Shown in pieces: positions 29,481-39,756 of a DNA stretch of 64,000 nt; position 1 is the stretch's first letter, and each line of letters begins with the position of its first letter. Location: assembly GCA_963798485.1 (NCBI GenBank), contig CAWCTR010000007.1:384001-448000 (forward strand), written 5' to 3'. A program made the translations under genes and the position numbers. The notes under the pieces are model-generated. The model made no database searches. It worked only from the letters and a program-made list of their open reading frames with translations, and had not been told where the DNA came from. The stretch comes from an uncultured delta proteobacterium (lineage in GTDB: Bacteria > Desulfobacterota > Desulfomonilia > UBA1062).

Positions 29481-30199
29481 TGGCGCCACCGAAGCCAAAG
29501 GGAGTTATCACGGAGTTCATAGAGCTTAACCAGGTGGACTCCACCAATCAATATGCCCTGGACAAAAGCAGGCCGGGCCTTCTTGTCACTGCCCGCGCAC
29601 AGAATGCAGGCAGGGGAAGGCGGGGCAGGCCGTGGTTCTCGCCTGCTGGTGAGAATGTATATATGACACTCACCCTGGCGCCGCCTGAAGAACGCTACCC
29701 CATCATTGCAGGCGTTGCCGTCCGCTCCGCCATTGCCGGTCTTCTTCCGGATGAGACTGTGGCCGTTAAATGGCCCAATGACATTATCATATCAGGCAAG
29801 AAGGTGTGCGGGATCCTCTGTGAGACCAGGGGGCCTATCACCGCTATCGGCATCGGCATCAATGTGAACCAGCAGGCATGGCCCAAGGAGCTTGAGCACA
29901 GGGCTTGTTCATTGAAGCAGCACTCTGGCCATGGATTCAGCATCAATACGGTGATTGAATCGGTCTTAGAACATCTCTGCACCTGGATTGATGTGTTCCG
30001 CAGCCAGGGCTTCGGGCCGGTCAGGGAGGAGTTCCTCCGCCATGGTTTGTTGGAAAGATATGAGGTCTTTAATGAAAGGGGTCAAAGATGCACCATCGTC
30101 GACCTCACCATGGAGGGCCACCTCATTATCAGGGAAGGTGACACGGAAACAGAGCTTATTCATGAGCCTGTGTCCCTGGGATGGGATAATGAGCTGTAA
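29477..30199 (+). CDS. birA: Biotin-protein ligase (no HTH)
   Basis: STN, QNAGRGRRGRPW, KWPND, KVCGIL. Confidence 0.92.
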   Translation: MMAPPKPKGVITEFIELNQVDSTNQYALDKSRPGLLVTARAQNAGRGRRGRPWFSPAGENVYMTLTLAPPEERYPIIAGVAVRSAIAGLLPDETVAVKWPNDIIISGKKVCGILCETRGPITAIGIGINVNQQAWPKELEHRACSLKQHSGHGFSINTVIESVLEHLCTWIDVFRSQGFGPVREEFLRHGLLERYEVFNERGQRCTIVDLTMEGHLIIREGDTETELIHEPVSLGWDNEL

Positions 30200-30585
30200 G
30201 GTACGAACATTTTTAACCCGTTTTTTAAAAGCAACTCCCCATCGATGTACCGGTGGATTATGCCGGAAATGAGTGTTTGATATGGGATACCCATTTCCAT
30301 CGCTTTCTTCTGGATACCCTGTTAATCATGTTCAGTAGGTTTATCATTGACGGATTATCATGATAAATCATATTCATTGCTAAATCCTTGACATACCAAA
30401 GCATGCTGGAGGTTATTCTTTCTGAAAATACATGAGGCTGCTCCGGAGTTCATCCGATATTATTTAAAGACAAGGAAGAAGTTACTTCCTGTAAAATCTC
30501 CCCGGCAAGGGCATGTGATGAGTCGTCTATGTCTGACGCCTGTAACTTTAGCTGATTCAGCTGGAGAAGGCGGGGACTAAATTTC

Positions 30586-31956
30586 ATGAAGTGGCACTGG
30601 ATAGTGCTCTTGCTCATTATAGCACTCCCGTATTTCCACCTCAATGGGTCACACTTGGTGGATCTGACCGTTGGGTCGCCACCCGCAGGGGTGGCTCTGG
30701 AATACCATCATATCAGGCTTCTCCTCGAACCCCTTGCCGGAGTTGCTGAGTATTTCTTCTCCCTCAAAGATCCCAGGGGGCAGGTGAAAGCCTGGTTTTT
30801 CTGGACAGCAGTCATACCAGGACTCATAGTTTTATGGAGGAGCAGGAGATTGCCAAGGGTACTTGGCGCGATACTGATCTCATGGCTTGCATTAATCACC
30901 CTCTTCGCCCTTCTCGTAGTCCTGCCCTTGCCTACATTGTACCTCAAAGCTCCTGCGGATTGGCTCCGGGTTGACTTCCATTCACACACCTGGCATTCTT
31001 GGGACGGCATTGCTTCCCCGAAACAAAACCTGCTTTATCACAAGAGGTTGGGTTATGATTGTTTCTTCATCACTGAACATGAGGTTACTGAAAGTTATTC
31101 TGATTTTTCTGAGGAAGTGCGGCTTCATAGTGCATTTCCCGGTGTCGAGACGGTGAGCGCAGATGGCGTTCGTTTCTTAATTCTTGCTGATCGAAAGTTT
31201 TCAATGTCTGATTTCGATCAAAAGAATGCCAAAGAAATTATCAATAAAGCACATGAAAAGGGGTTCCTTGTTGTTCATGCGCATGCTTTTACGGGGCAGG
31301 ATTGGAATTATCTTGCCAACCTAGGAGTCGATGGCTTTGAGATATACGATTCAGCTGACCGTGGAATCACTCACGAAAAACGGGGGAAGCTCATACGCCT
31401 TTGTAAAGAACGAAACCTGTTTATGGTCAGCGCCTCGGACTACCATGGATGGTCTACCTTGTCGGATGTCTGGACCCTTGTCAAAATACCGGCGAATGTG
31501 AAGCCTACCGCCAAGATGCTGCTCGACCTTTTACGCAAGCGAACCGAAATCCGTGTGGTGGTCAACCAGCCGACCGGGGAGTATTTCGGCGCCGGATCTT
31601 TTTTTGAACCTTTTACAGGAACAATCCACTACTTCGGAAGCCTGAGCCACATAAAATCATTAAGCTGGGCAGGATGGATTTTAACTTTAATGTTCTTACA
31701 CAAGATTCTGGGAAAGAGAAGGCTTTTGCAATCCATCGCGATCTCCTTGTGCTTTTGTTTCCTCTCCTATTCTTTATTCATGGCTTATTGCTGGTACTTT
31801 ATCCACCCCGGCAGTGAGATCCTCGGATACCCCCGTGCTATGGCTCTAGCAATCCTTGCCTGTATGTGGTTTGTAGTGTCGCTATTTCTGCATACTCCGG
31901 CAAAAACATCGATTTTCCAGAGGTTTTCATCCCGGAAAAGACAAACAACCGTTTAA
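30586..31956 (+). CDS. Membrane-anchored PHP-domain metallophosphoesterase
   Basis: DFHSHT..SWDG, ITEH, HAH, SDYH, flanked by TM helices. Confidence 0.8.
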   Translation: MKWHWIVLLLIIALPYFHLNGSHLVDLTVGSPPAGVALEYHHIRLLLEPLAGVAEYFFSLKDPRGQVKAWFFWTAVIPGLIVLWRSRRLPRVLGAILISWLALITLFALLVVLPLPTLYLKAPADWLRVDFHSHTWHSWDGIASPKQNLLYHKRLGYDCFFITEHEVTESYSDFSEEVRLHSAFPGVETVSADGVRFLILADRKFSMSDFDQKNAKEIINKAHEKGFLVVHAHAFTGQDWNYLANLGVDGFEIYDSADRGITHEKRGKLIRLCKERNLFMVSASDYHGWSTLSDVWTLVKIPANVKPTAKMLLDLLRKRTEIRVVVNQPTGEYFGAGSFFEPFTGTIHYFGSLSHIKSLSWAGWILTLMFLHKILGKRRLLQSIAISLCFCFLSYSLFMAYCWYFIHPGSEILGYPRAMALAILACMWFVVSLFLHTPAKTSIFQRFSSRKRQTTV

Positions 31957-31997
31957 ACTGTTTGATGAATAAAGTTAGAACATCCATTACTCGGGTC

Positions 31998-32939
31998 TTA
32001 CTGTTGGCCTTGGAGTCCGACTTTCAAATTAGCAAGATCGCTTTTTAGAATATCAAGAAATGATATGCCATACTCCAATTGATCCTTTGTCAAATTATGC
32101 GCTGCATTAAGAAGTAACATTTTCGCATTCGTTTCATTGGCAATCGTTTCGGCAATCTTGGGGCTCGTAAGCTCTTCATAGTAAACATATTTAATGTTGT
32201 GTCTTTTTATCTGATCCACCAGCTTGGCAAGGTCGTTGGCAGTAGGTTCGGCATCCGGAGAGACGCCCTGGGCAGCTAAATATATCAAACCATACCGGCG
32301 AGCCAAATAACCGAAAGCATAATGCCCTCCATAAATGATTTTTTTACCTTTGTAAGGGGCGAGAGTTGTGCTGTACGCACTATCCATTTCAGTTAGCTTC
32401 TTGTTATATTCATCTGCTTTCTCTTTATAAAAATCCTTATTTAAAGTATCCTTTGTCTGTAAGCCCCGCATGATGTTGTTAACCATTATTTTGGCATTCT
32501 CAAAATCAAGCCAAATGTGTGGGTCAAGTGATCCTGCAGGTTCATCTGCATCGTGAAATACACCAGGAATCATCTTCGTGCCTTGGCTTGAATCAACTAC
32601 AATGAGATTCTTGTTTGAAATACTTTTTAATATATCTGCAGCCCATGGTTCCATAAATTTGCCTGTATACACAAAAAGATCCGCTTCATTAATCTTGATA
32701 ACGTCACTTGGTTTGGGTTCAAATGAATGGGCTTCCACGCCCGGAGGAAGCAGCAATGAAACCTCTACCTTGTCTTTCCCAACATTTTTCACAAAGTCAT
32801 AAAGGGGGAAAAGTGTTGTCACAACTTTAATCTTATGTGATCTTTCTGCATCTGTATGGCTTGAACTATTACACCCAATTGCAAAAATAACAGTGCAAAG
32901 GGTTAGAATAACAATTCCGGAAAATACTTTTTTGACCAT
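31998..32939 (-). CDS. Zn/Mn ABC substrate-binding lipoprotein (ZnuA/AdcA-like)
   Basis: Lipobox AIGC, EAHSFEP, DPHIW, HYAFGY. Confidence 0.9.
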   Translation of the reverse strand: MVKKVFSGIVILTLCTVIFAIGCNSSSHTDAERSHKIKVVTTLFPLYDFVKNVGKDKVEVSLLLPPGVEAHSFEPKPSDVIKINEADLFVYTGKFMEPWAADILKSISNKNLIVVDSSQGTKMIPGVFHDADEPAGSLDPHIWLDFENAKIMVNNIMRGLQTKDTLNKDFYKEKADEYNKKLTEMDSAYSTTLAPYKGKKIIYGGHYAFGYLARRYGLIYLAAQGVSPDAEPTANDLAKLVDQIKRHNIKYVYYEELTSPKIAETIANETNAKMLLLNAAHNLTKDQLEYGISFLDILKSDLANLKVGLQGQQ

Positions 32940-33180
32940 ATGTTCCGTCCTCGCTGTATAGCTTTGTCTTTTATTCTTTTCATACTCATGATATCCATAG
33001 TAATACATAGTAATACATAGTAATACCTTTCCCATATAAGTCAAGGGTTCCAAAAAAATGGACCCCGGATAACAAGAACAACAGTAATCCACCATGACAG
33101 GATTTTAGTACTCAACGGGTACTTGTTTCTGAATGTTCAACAATTATTATCAACTCACAAGAAAAGTGAGGGAGGTATCT

Positions 33181-33363
33181 ATGCTGAGTTGCGCTACAAT
33201 GAAAAAAGGTGAGATCTACATGTGCAAGGACTGTGGTCTTGAGATTAAAATAGTTCAAGAATGCAAAGAATGTAAAGAGCCAGAAGGCTCTTCGGCTTCA
33301 TGCTGCGGAACTGGATGTACCTTTTCTTGTTGCGGTGAAGAACTAAAGAAAAAAAAGGCATAA
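33181..33363 (+). CDS. 60-aa Cys-rich protein (desulforedoxin/metallothionein-like)
   Basis: GGAGG RBS; 10 Cys; YxCxxCG...CCG frame. Confidence 0.75.
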   Translation: MLSCATMKKGEIYMCKDCGLEIKIVQECKECKEPEGSSASCCGTGCTFSCCGEELKKKKA

Positions 33364-33451
33364 AAAAAACTATAAGATAACTCAAAATACATTGAAGGCA
33401 AGGGGATGGATGTTCACCTGCCATCTTTCATGAGGCGTAGTAAGATCCTCC

Positions 33452-34255
33452 TCATTGAGGAAGCAGGGTCTCAATCAGTCCCCAGCGACCTACAGGAGGG
33501 GGTCCCTTAAAGAATACATACGGCATTCTTGGTGGAGGTACCTTCTTAATTGAAGAGACTTCAACCGCTGGATAGGCCCCTGTCAGGCCATGTTCTGTTT
33601 TGATGATACCTTTGACCCTTACCCAATCATCCTTGGCAAAAGCATCGGCATTATCATATAAGCATGTTAGGCCCAAAACCTGTGCATCAGCTGTGCAACA
33701 GGTGATAGCAAAGCGGGCAACCACTAATTGATTTTTGCGGAACTCATCATTTTTATACACAAAACCTACAAAGTCTATATTTTTGTCAACAAAGCTCCGA
33801 GGCTGTAAAGTCAGCATCTGCATTGCATACATGAAAGTATTGTCGGTAATGACAGGGTTCCAATTGGCTGCATAATTGTAAACCGTTGCAGACTCAACTG
33901 ATCTCCCGCTTACCTGCTGGTTATTCGTCAGGTTGATACCCTTCTGGTTTACCATATATGAACTCAGAGCTTTAGGAGGCATGAGCAATCCAATGGCTAA
34001 CGGGACGATAAAAACAACATACATTCCCCATCCTCTTCTGAACTCATGATGCAGAATTTCTTGCGGCTTCAATGTATTGATAAATTGAACCAGCGCCAGT
34101 GCATAAAAAAACCAATAGGAAATCTTGATTCCCACTATAAACCTGGGATGAATGTACAAAAGGACATCGCCATTCAAAACAACGTGCATTAATAAATATC
34201 CGAATCCGAACAAAAGCAATGCGCGTATGAGGCCTGTTAGTTTGGCAAAAACCAT
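33452..34255 (-). CDS. TIGR03943 / YcgQ-like membrane protein
   Basis: YIHPRF, GFVY, RFAITCCTADA, WVRVKG. Confidence 0.88.
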   Translation of the reverse strand: MVFAKLTGLIRALLLFGFGYLLMHVVLNGDVLLYIHPRFIVGIKISYWFFYALALVQFINTLKPQEILHHEFRRGWGMYVVFIVPLAIGLLMPPKALSSYMVNQKGINLTNNQQVSGRSVESATVYNYAANWNPVITDNTFMYAMQMLTLQPRSFVDKNIDFVGFVYKNDEFRKNQLVVARFAITCCTADAQVLGLTCLYDNADAFAKDDWVRVKGIIKTEHGLTGAYPAVEVSSIKKVPPPRMPYVFFKGPPPVGRWGLIETLLPQ

Positions 34256-34258
34256 AAA

Positions 34259-35785
34259 TTAGACTCCGAACAGATTAAGATTGACGCTGATAAGGGCATA
34301 GCTGAATGTTAAAAGGGTAACGATCAGGATTAAAAGGGATACAAAAGATGCCTTAAACTGACTTGACATCATCAGAGTGTTTTTCAAATCAATCATGGCA
34401 CCATAAACAAGGAATGCTACAATTGACCCTGTTGAGAACGAAGAGGACATTGCCCTTGCTACAAATGCATCGGCACTTGAGCAGATTGATAGTCCAAAAC
34501 CAAAGAGCATCATCACAGGTATTGACAAAACCATTCCATGACCCACGCTTGCTATTGCGCTTCTTGGAATGACGACCTGAACAAGAGATGCAAGAAAAGC
34601 GCCGATGATAAAATACATGCCCATAGTAAAAAACTCATTGCTGGTATGCAAGAGAACATCATGGAGCTTAGTAGGCAATGACTTAGAGTGGTGGTCATCG
34701 CAACAATCACCATGATTATGGTTGTCGCAGGCCTCTTCTCTTAAGATGTTTTGACTGCCGAAGTGCAAATTGGTTATCAACCCGGCAAAGACTGCCACAA
34801 AAAATGTCCCGACCATCCTATAAACCGCCATTGACCCTGTAGGGAAAGCCATTATTGTGGACACCAAAGCAACCGGGTTGATAACCGGAGCTGCCAGCAT
34901 GAACGTAATAGCGATATGAAGGGGTACCCCCTTTCGTATGAGACGACTTGCCACCATGACAATTCCACATTCACATATAGGGAAGATCATCCCCATGAAT
35001 GCAGCTGCGATCAGACCAGGAAGGGTTCTCTTCGGCAAAAACCTGGCTATTGTCTCTTCAGAAATAAACACCTCTATTACTGCAGAGAAAAATGCCCCGA
35101 TGAGGAGAAAGGGGAGTGATTCCAGAATGACACTTAAGAAGAGAGTTTCAAGGCTGCTCACTTGCTCATAATTAATCCTGCTGAGTGCGGGAATCCCGTA
35201 TCCGGCAGCCCATAGGTAAATCATTATGAACAAGGAAACGATGATTAACCCTATTGAGAATTTTTGCAGCCTCGATGCAGGAGCATGAAGGTAACGAAAA
35301 TCCAATTCCTGAACAAAAGTCGTCTTAACTCTCTTAGAAATAAGCATATACGGAACCCAAACCAAACATGTCAGGAAAGCGGAACTGATATTTCTCATAA
35401 AGACAAGGTTAATTACCGGTTTTCCCGGCAGGATCAATTTAATTGCAAAAGTGTCTACAATTGTTATGAGTAAAGACAAGACAGATATTGCAATGAACCA
35501 CTTCGGAAAGCTTTTTGATTTCTTGAAGAATAAAAGAATCATAAACGAAGAAGCGAAAAACAAACCGATATTGGTAAAGACTTCCGATAGAATATACGGA
35601 CCCCATAGCGGGTGATATGCATTACTGGCTGGGTTGGTTAATATGGCCCACATCCCATGAGAAAATATCGGGAGAAATGTATTTATCAAAACGGCGCCTG
35701 TCTTGAGTGGAGCAACAAGTACACCTATTCCAACCAGGATCAGCCAGCCTCTTAATCCATTGAGTTCCTTGTTTCCTTGAGTCAT
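34259..35785 (-). CDS. Permease (YcgR/DUF318-like) with an N-terminal DUF2569-like domain
   Basis: GLRGWL...WVPYMLISKRVKTTF, then ESLPFL, PICECG, a His-rich loop and SICSSADAF. Confidence 0.82.
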   Translation of the reverse strand: MTQGNKELNGLRGWLILVGIGVLVAPLKTGAVLINTFLPIFSHGMWAILTNPASNAYHPLWGPYILSEVFTNIGLFFASSFMILLFFKKSKSFPKWFIAISVLSLLITIVDTFAIKLILPGKPVINLVFMRNISSAFLTCLVWVPYMLISKRVKTTFVQELDFRYLHAPASRLQKFSIGLIIVSLFIMIYLWAAGYGIPALSRINYEQVSSLETLFLSVILESLPFLLIGAFFSAVIEVFISEETIARFLPKRTLPGLIAAAFMGMIFPICECGIVMVASRLIRKGVPLHIAITFMLAAPVINPVALVSTIMAFPTGSMAVYRMVGTFFVAVFAGLITNLHFGSQNILREEACDNHNHGDCCDDHHSKSLPTKLHDVLLHTSNEFFTMGMYFIIGAFLASLVQVVIPRSAIASVGHGMVLSIPVMMLFGFGLSICSSADAFVARAMSSSFSTGSIVAFLVYGAMIDLKNTLMMSSQFKASFVSLLILIVTLLTFSYALISVNLNLFGV

Positions 35786-35851
35786 TTGAATTCCTTGCTT
35801 CCTGTAGCAGTAATATTCCATTCAGTTTGATTTGTTTAATATACCCACCCA

Positions 35852-36952
35852 TCATTCGTGAATAAGTTTTGAAACACGTTCGAGTGTTATCCCTTCAGCT
35901 TTGAGCTTGGGAACCTCCCTCAGTAATACAGCGATAGTCTCAGTGTGCGGGTGGCAGATGCCAATAGCGCTTGAATGTTTTACAGCTTTTCTTTTCAGCT
36001 CTTCAAGCTGGCCCATGATGTAGGCTTCATTCAGCTCATCATCAAGGAACACATCACGTTTATTCCAGGGAAGGCCGATCTCCTGGGCAACCTTAAATCC
36101 CACGGATTTACTTGAGGTAAGGCTATCGATATAGAAGAGGCCCTTATTTTTAAGCTCCGTTTCAACAAGCATCATGATCTCCCGATCCTGAGTCACTTCG
36201 GAGCCCATATGATTGTTCACGCCAGTTATATATGGCACGGCCCTGATATCACCCAGCAGGATGGTCCGGATCTGATCAGGAGCCATGCCCTTGAAGATCG
36301 CTCCCTCACCGGGGTCATGACCGGCAGCACCTTGCATAGGCAGATGTAACATGACCTCATGGCCCTTTGTATGGAGATATTGTGCAACCTCTTGTGAGTG
36401 CGGGCGCATAGGCATGACAGAGAAAGTAAGATCTCCATCAATTACCGCGAGCTGTTCTGCAGGTTTCATATCAGTGCCCATATCGTCCACTATGATGGCC
36501 ATATAGCCTGTTGGAAGAGCAGGGACGACAGGCTTGGGAGGAATCACAGCGGCTACTTCCTTTTTCGGATAAATGAATTCAATCATCCAGGTCTCGTCAC
36601 CAACTTCTATTGTTACATACCCGATATCCTTGATCTCGATGTTGCCGTATTTCTCGGCTGGCTTGAATGCGGATGACAACTGATCACGGGTGAAGTTTTT
36701 ACGGGACTCCACCTTGATTGTATGATTATAGGTCGTTGTCTGGTCTTTATGAATTCCGAGATCAAACAGACAGCCCTTTATAATTAAATCAGGTTTCAAA
36801 AGCTTTGCAGGTGCCACCAGTACATGTTGTGCTTCCCTTCTGTGCATACCCTTTTCCAGAAATACGACTGCCCCCACAAGGACCATTATGATTGCAAATA
36901 TGGCAAGGAGAGTAGCTTGATTGACGTTGATCTTTTTCCTTCTCTTTCTCAT
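35852..36952 (-). CDS. Divergent polysaccharide deacetylase (YibQ-like)
   Basis: IIVDDMG, HLPM, NNHMGS, RDVFLD, ICHP. Confidence 0.92.
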   Translation of the reverse strand: MRKRRKKINVNQATLLAIFAIIMVLVGAVVFLEKGMHRREAQHVLVAPAKLLKPDLIIKGCLFDLGIHKDQTTTYNHTIKVESRKNFTRDQLSSAFKPAEKYGNIEIKDIGYVTIEVGDETWMIEFIYPKKEVAAVIPPKPVVPALPTGYMAIIVDDMGTDMKPAEQLAVIDGDLTFSVMPMRPHSQEVAQYLHTKGHEVMLHLPMQGAAGHDPGEGAIFKGMAPDQIRTILLGDIRAVPYITGVNNHMGSEVTQDREIMMLVETELKNKGLFYIDSLTSSKSVGFKVAQEIGLPWNKRDVFLDDELNEAYIMGQLEELKRKAVKHSSAIGICHPHTETIAVLLREVPKLKAEGITLERVSKLIHE

Positions 36953-38400
36953 TCGTTGGTCGACCCTTTCTTCTTTAGGCTGGAGTGGTTGCTTCTGACC
37001 ACACTCTCTCCCGAGTCAGCCCCATTGTTGGCATATGCATTTATGCCATGGATGATGCCGTCAATAATGCTGTTCTGGTAGGATTCTTTCTGCAGGAGTT
37101 TACATTCTGTAGGGTTGGTGATGAACCCGGTCTCTATCAGGATAGCCGGCATCTGCGCACCTACCAGGACATAGAAAAGGGCCTGTTTGACACCATGGTT
37201 CTGGCAGGTGTTCTCGGATTTCTCGTGAGATGAGATAATGGAGTTCTGAACGTACGTGGCAAACTTGGATGATTCATTTATTTTGCTGTTAAGCATAAGG
37301 TCGTTGATGATGAACTTGAGATCACTCAACGATTTGGTTGTTGTTTCATTCTCTGTTGCAGCAATTTTAATGGCATAGTCATCTTTGGTCATATTGAGAA
37401 AATAGGTCTCAACCCCATCCAAGGATTTGTCAGGGTTTGAGTTCACATGGATGGAAATAAAGAGATCTGCCTTGTTCTTATTTGCAAAGGCTGTTCGCTC
37501 CTCAAGGGGGATAAAGATATCTTCATCCCTGGTGAGGAAGGCTTCGAAGCCTTCTTCTTTCAGGCGTTTTGCAAGTGCCTTGCCTATTGCAAGGGTGATA
37601 TCTTTTTCCTTCTCACCATCTGGTCCTATTGCTCCAGTGTCCTTCCCTCCATGGCCTGGGTCAATGACGACCTTCGATATTTTGCGAGAGAGTCCATTTG
37701 TTACGGAAGACTGATTGCCCATAACTTGTGAAGGTGTATTATCCTTGTCCACAGTGATCGCATCCTCATTCCGGTCAAGGGTCTTATCAGATTGCTTTGT
37801 CTCCTTGTGCTTGAGATCGGTACCTTCCTGATTATCCACATCGGGAGCCTTCTCCTCACCCCCGTTCTTTTTTTTCTCAAGGCTGTGAAGAGCAGCTCTC
37901 GCCTTCAAGGAAATATCCCCTCTTGGATACTTCTTCACGATCTCATGATATAGTTCGATGGCCTTCTTTTTCTCTCGTAGTCTGACCTCGTAGACTTTGG
38001 CCTCCCTGAAAAGGGCATCGGGCACAGTTCCGGAATCGGGATACTTGCTGACGACCGTCTTATAGGCTTTGACTGCTTCTTCAAGGTCAGCCTTCCTGAA
38101 GAAGTAGCCATAGATCTGCTCGTAGAGTTTTCCCTCCATATATAAGGCTTTCGGGGCAAAAGACGATTCAGGGTATCCTATTGTGACATCATCAAACTTT
38201 TGCACCACCTTCACCCAGTTGGCTTTGTCCTTCCGGAGGCTTGCATCTCGTGATAGCTCAACATATGCCGAATTAGCTTCCCGATATTTTTCTTTTGCAC
38301 CAGAGGTGGCGGCAAAAACAGCCTTCTGCATGTCGGGGAGGAAAAGAAGTATGCAGATTGTAATTATTATGGGTATGATTCTGGGTCTATATATAGTCAT
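36949..38400 (-). CDS. N-acetylmuramoyl-L-alanine amidase with N-terminal TPRs
   Basis: IDPGHGGKD, EKD, SIHVN, ILIETGF. Confidence 0.92.
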   Translation of the reverse strand: MTIYRPRIIPIIITICILLFLPDMQKAVFAATSGAKEKYREANSAYVELSRDASLRKDKANWVKVVQKFDDVTIGYPESSFAPKALYMEGKLYEQIYGYFFRKADLEEAVKAYKTVVSKYPDSGTVPDALFREAKVYEVRLREKKKAIELYHEIVKKYPRGDISLKARAALHSLEKKKNGGEEKAPDVDNQEGTDLKHKETKQSDKTLDRNEDAITVDKDNTPSQVMGNQSSVTNGLSRKISKVVIDPGHGGKDTGAIGPDGEKEKDITLAIGKALAKRLKEEGFEAFLTRDEDIFIPLEERTAFANKNKADLFISIHVNSNPDKSLDGVETYFLNMTKDDYAIKIAATENETTTKSLSDLKFIINDLMLNSKINESSKFATYVQNSIISSHEKSENTCQNHGVKQALFYVLVGAQMPAILIETGFITNPTECKLLQKESYQNSIIDGIIHGINAYANNGADSGESVVRSNHSSLKKKGSTNE

Positions 38401-38441
38401 GGTGTTTATCAATGCCCCTTGTAAAATACTCTTATTGCCTA

Positions 38442-39308
38442 TCAGAGTGGAGAGAGCCCTGAGTGAGCCGGGGTCCCATGGGCGGCTGCCTGCACTTTTG
38501 TAATAGCTGCATTGGGAGTGCCCCCATTGGCAGAGGCCTTGAGGATTGCGCCTGAGATCATGCGCCAGTTTTCTTTCTCGTGGTCTCTCCAGATCATGTA
38601 GCGGGAAAGCTCGTAGGGATCTTTGTTGAGACCCAAAGGAGAGAGAACAGGCCCCCACGTGATGGTAAAGGCATAAGAATATCCTGCCTCCTTTAATGTC
38701 TTTTTCGTAATGCCGGCTCGCACCCCGTTCGGATATACAAAGGCCGTGATCTTCTTATTCAGGTTTTTCTCGAGGGTCTCTTTAGAGTCATAGATCTCCC
38801 TGAGAAACCCTTTCTTATCTTTGTCATAGAATTTCTGGTTCATGAGTTCATGGTAGTATCCATGGGCAGCAATATCGCACCCATCTTTCGAGAGTTCCTT
38901 CAATTGCTCCCAGGTAAGGGCAAAGGACTTTTTCCCGATAATGGATGGATAAATAGCCAGCATGGGCTTGATATGCCGGGGCTTGAGAATCTCCTGATAG
39001 GCAGGGTAGGCACTCTGATTTCCATCGTCAATAACGAGAAGCAGGTTCTGTGTCCCCGTGACTGAGCCCTTGAGGAGATCGGCGTACGATGTGAAATGGA
39101 ATCCTTTGCTCTGGAAATACTCCAATTGAGAGCGGAGCTCCTGCATGGAAATATCGCCTGCAAATTTCTTGTTTCCGAGGAAGGAATGATAACAGAGTAC
39201 AAATACCTTCTTATCTGCAGCGTATGCCGGAGTCCATCCTCCAGCAAGGCAAAGCACGATCACAAGCACTAGGGCCGGAATAAAGGTTAGTAGTCTATGT
39301 CTGTTCAT
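38442..39308 (-). CDS. Secreted CE4 polysaccharide deacetylase
   Basis: LCYH, IDDG, HGYYH, YPNG. Confidence 0.88.
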   Translation of the reverse strand: MNRHRLLTFIPALVLVIVLCLAGGWTPAYAADKKVFVLCYHSFLGNKKFAGDISMQELRSQLEYFQSKGFHFTSYADLLKGSVTGTQNLLLVIDDGNQSAYPAYQEILKPRHIKPMLAIYPSIIGKKSFALTWEQLKELSKDGCDIAAHGYYHELMNQKFYDKDKKGFLREIYDSKETLEKNLNKKITAFVYPNGVRAGITKKTLKEAGYSYAFTITWGPVLSPLGLNKDPYELSRYMIWRDHEKENWRMISGAILKASANGGTPNAAITKVQAAAHGTPAHSGLSPL

Positions 39309-39756
39309 AGTTTGATCCTTAAGCATGAAGTGGGAAGCAATGCAAGAGATCCGAATATCGGGATATTGATCTTTTGTATCTCTGTTATCATATATTCATT
39401 TAGTCTTGACTCCGGTAGTGAAATTATTTGCCAACCCCAAGAAATGGAGGTTTTTCACAGTCAGAAGATGGGAATAAGGGGTTAATGGATTGAAATCCTG
39501 TACATAGCCTTTGAGAAGAAGGCCATCTATGAAGTGAGCAACAACCTTGATCGGATCCACCTTTCCCCCATCAGATTATTTAAGATAAAGATATAAGACG
39601 ATTGAAGTACAGCATTTGTTTACAGAGACTCTGGATGAAGGCAATATTTTCTCTCTCGCATGAAATATTTTCCAGGAGGGCACTGTAGCGTCCCGTACAT
39701 AAATTAGGAAGCGCCTGCCTTTTCTCCTGTGGCATAATGGTTGCTCACTGTAGGGT

